Part shown: piece by piece, positions 62,851 through 64,000 of the stretch
How positions within the stretch are numbered: position 1 is the first letter of the stretch
Layout: each line of letters begins with the position of its first letter
Source: Camelus dromedarius
Taxonomy: Eukaryota
Length of the DNA stretch: 64,000 nt
Assembly: GCF_036321535.1 (NCBI RefSeq)
Contig: NC_087436.1
Span: forward strand, 117,926,001-117,990,000
Direction: 5' to 3'
Program-made: the position numbers and the translations under genes
The notes under the pieces: model-generated
The model's input: the letters and a program-made list of their open reading frames with translations, nothing else
Told to the model about the DNA's origin: nothing
Database searches by the model: none

Positions 62851-63569
62851 CTGGCATCCCTTCAACAGATACCCTTTAAATATTCGGCGAATGCTTCTTT
62901 GGTGGGGGGAGTAGAGAAACTCACTTTCTATTAATAAAAACTGCATGCCTCTCTGTGTTCAAAATAAGAGATTTATTATGTGCATTTATTATAGGCGATT
63001 TTCCGAACCAGACAGCATCTTGGGAGGCATATTAAAGAGTTTAAAATGTAGATAATAAAATAAAGCCCTCGTTTGGGGCAAGCAGTCCTACATAATACCT
63101 CATTCTGTTTCTGGATCTCAGCTGGCTGGGGTCGGCAACCTCACACCCCCTTTTTTTGGCTGGAGTGCTGATACAGATGGGAGAGCCTGGGGCAGAAATA
63201 CCCAGAGGAGTGGGGCATCTCTGGGGAGAGACCTGAGTTTATTTCCACTCCGGGCAGGACCCACTTTAGCAGGACCAGGGCTTAGTTCCCAGTCTGCCAG
63301 CTCTGCACGGACTCCTGTGCAGAGACCTTCACTAAGTGCCCAGGCTTCTGATTTACGAGAGTGATGCTTTCATGACCTTACCGGTCGGTGCCAGCGGCAG
63401 CTGCCCCGCTGGCCCCGCTTCATAGACCACTGGAGGCAGCTGCCTCAGTCCTCACTGCAGCCAAAGGAGGCTAAGTAACTGGCTAAAAGTCACACAGCTC
63501 GTGAGAGATGGAGCTGGGGTTTAAACTCTGCTGATTCCTGAGCCCCGTTTTGCATTGGATCTCACAGTG

Positions 63570-64000
63570 TGTTAACCGTGTCTTTTATTTGCTGTGTTCT
63601 CATGCTTTGACCTCTGGGGTCTTGCTGACCCTGGAGGGACTGCCCCTGCCAGGACTGGCCAGTTCCTACAAGTCATCTAATCCAGAGCCCACTCCCACCC
63701 CCGTCCTCCATCTGGCACTTACTTTCAAGGTCATCGCCCCCACGCCCCACCACCCCTGGGCCAGGTACCAGACTGCGGGGGACAGCTCCAGAGCCCTGGA
63801 GCATACTGAAGTTATTCAGACCAGCCGCTCCCAAGCCTGTGTACCCTGCCTCCGTGTTCCTCCCCATGGGACCCTCAGTAAAGGCTCTTGCCCACCCCAC
63901 CCCCATTCCCTCCACCTCCTGACCAACCCTGGTACTGCTTCATGTGGCCCTGCCTTGCACGTCTCCTCCATCCCCCAGATCTCTGACGATCAGCCGGGGC
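63570..64000 (+). mobile_element. MER74-like LTR (runs off the window)
   Basis: atgctttgacctctggggtcttgctgaccctggagggactgcccct...gccagttcct matches the MER74 5' end. Confidence 0.8.

Noticed and set aside
63301..63324. Hairpin ctctgcac-N8-gtgcagag
   Set aside because: An 8-bp stem is expected by chance in 64 kb.

Overview
Mammalian, repeat-dense genomic DNA with no recognisable host protein-coding exon, so most likely intergenic or deep intronic. The tRNA-Ala-derived SINEs (GGGGAGGGTATAGCTCAGT... with an AATTACCTCCCC tail) and the young L1 3' ends, with no Alu, B1, Bov-tA/BovB, PRE-1 or SINEC, point to a camelid genome (camel/alpaca/llama); this is inference from recalled repeat consensus. 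Contents: a decayed ERV-L provirus (5' LTR, PBS, gag, pro and RT remnants, about 5430-9095, minus strand), a second orphan ERV-L gag fragment, a MaLR internal region, many solo LTRs, about 14 L1 fragments (one 1.85 kb young copy with 282 aa of open ORF2; three 5'-inverted copies), five tRNA-derived SINEs, MER45/MER81/MER5A/MER102-type DNA transposons, MIR/L2 fossils, several microsatellites, and a CpG island with a TATA-like box near 62.6-62.8 kb. Almost all ORFs in the six-frame track are spurious or repeat-derived. I cannot support a new multi-gene system here. The most unusual non-repeat signal is four heat-shock-element-like trimers at exact 25-bp spacing (17781-17868). Repeat subfamily names come from memory of consensus sequences, not a database search, and boundaries are approximate unless a TSD is quoted.
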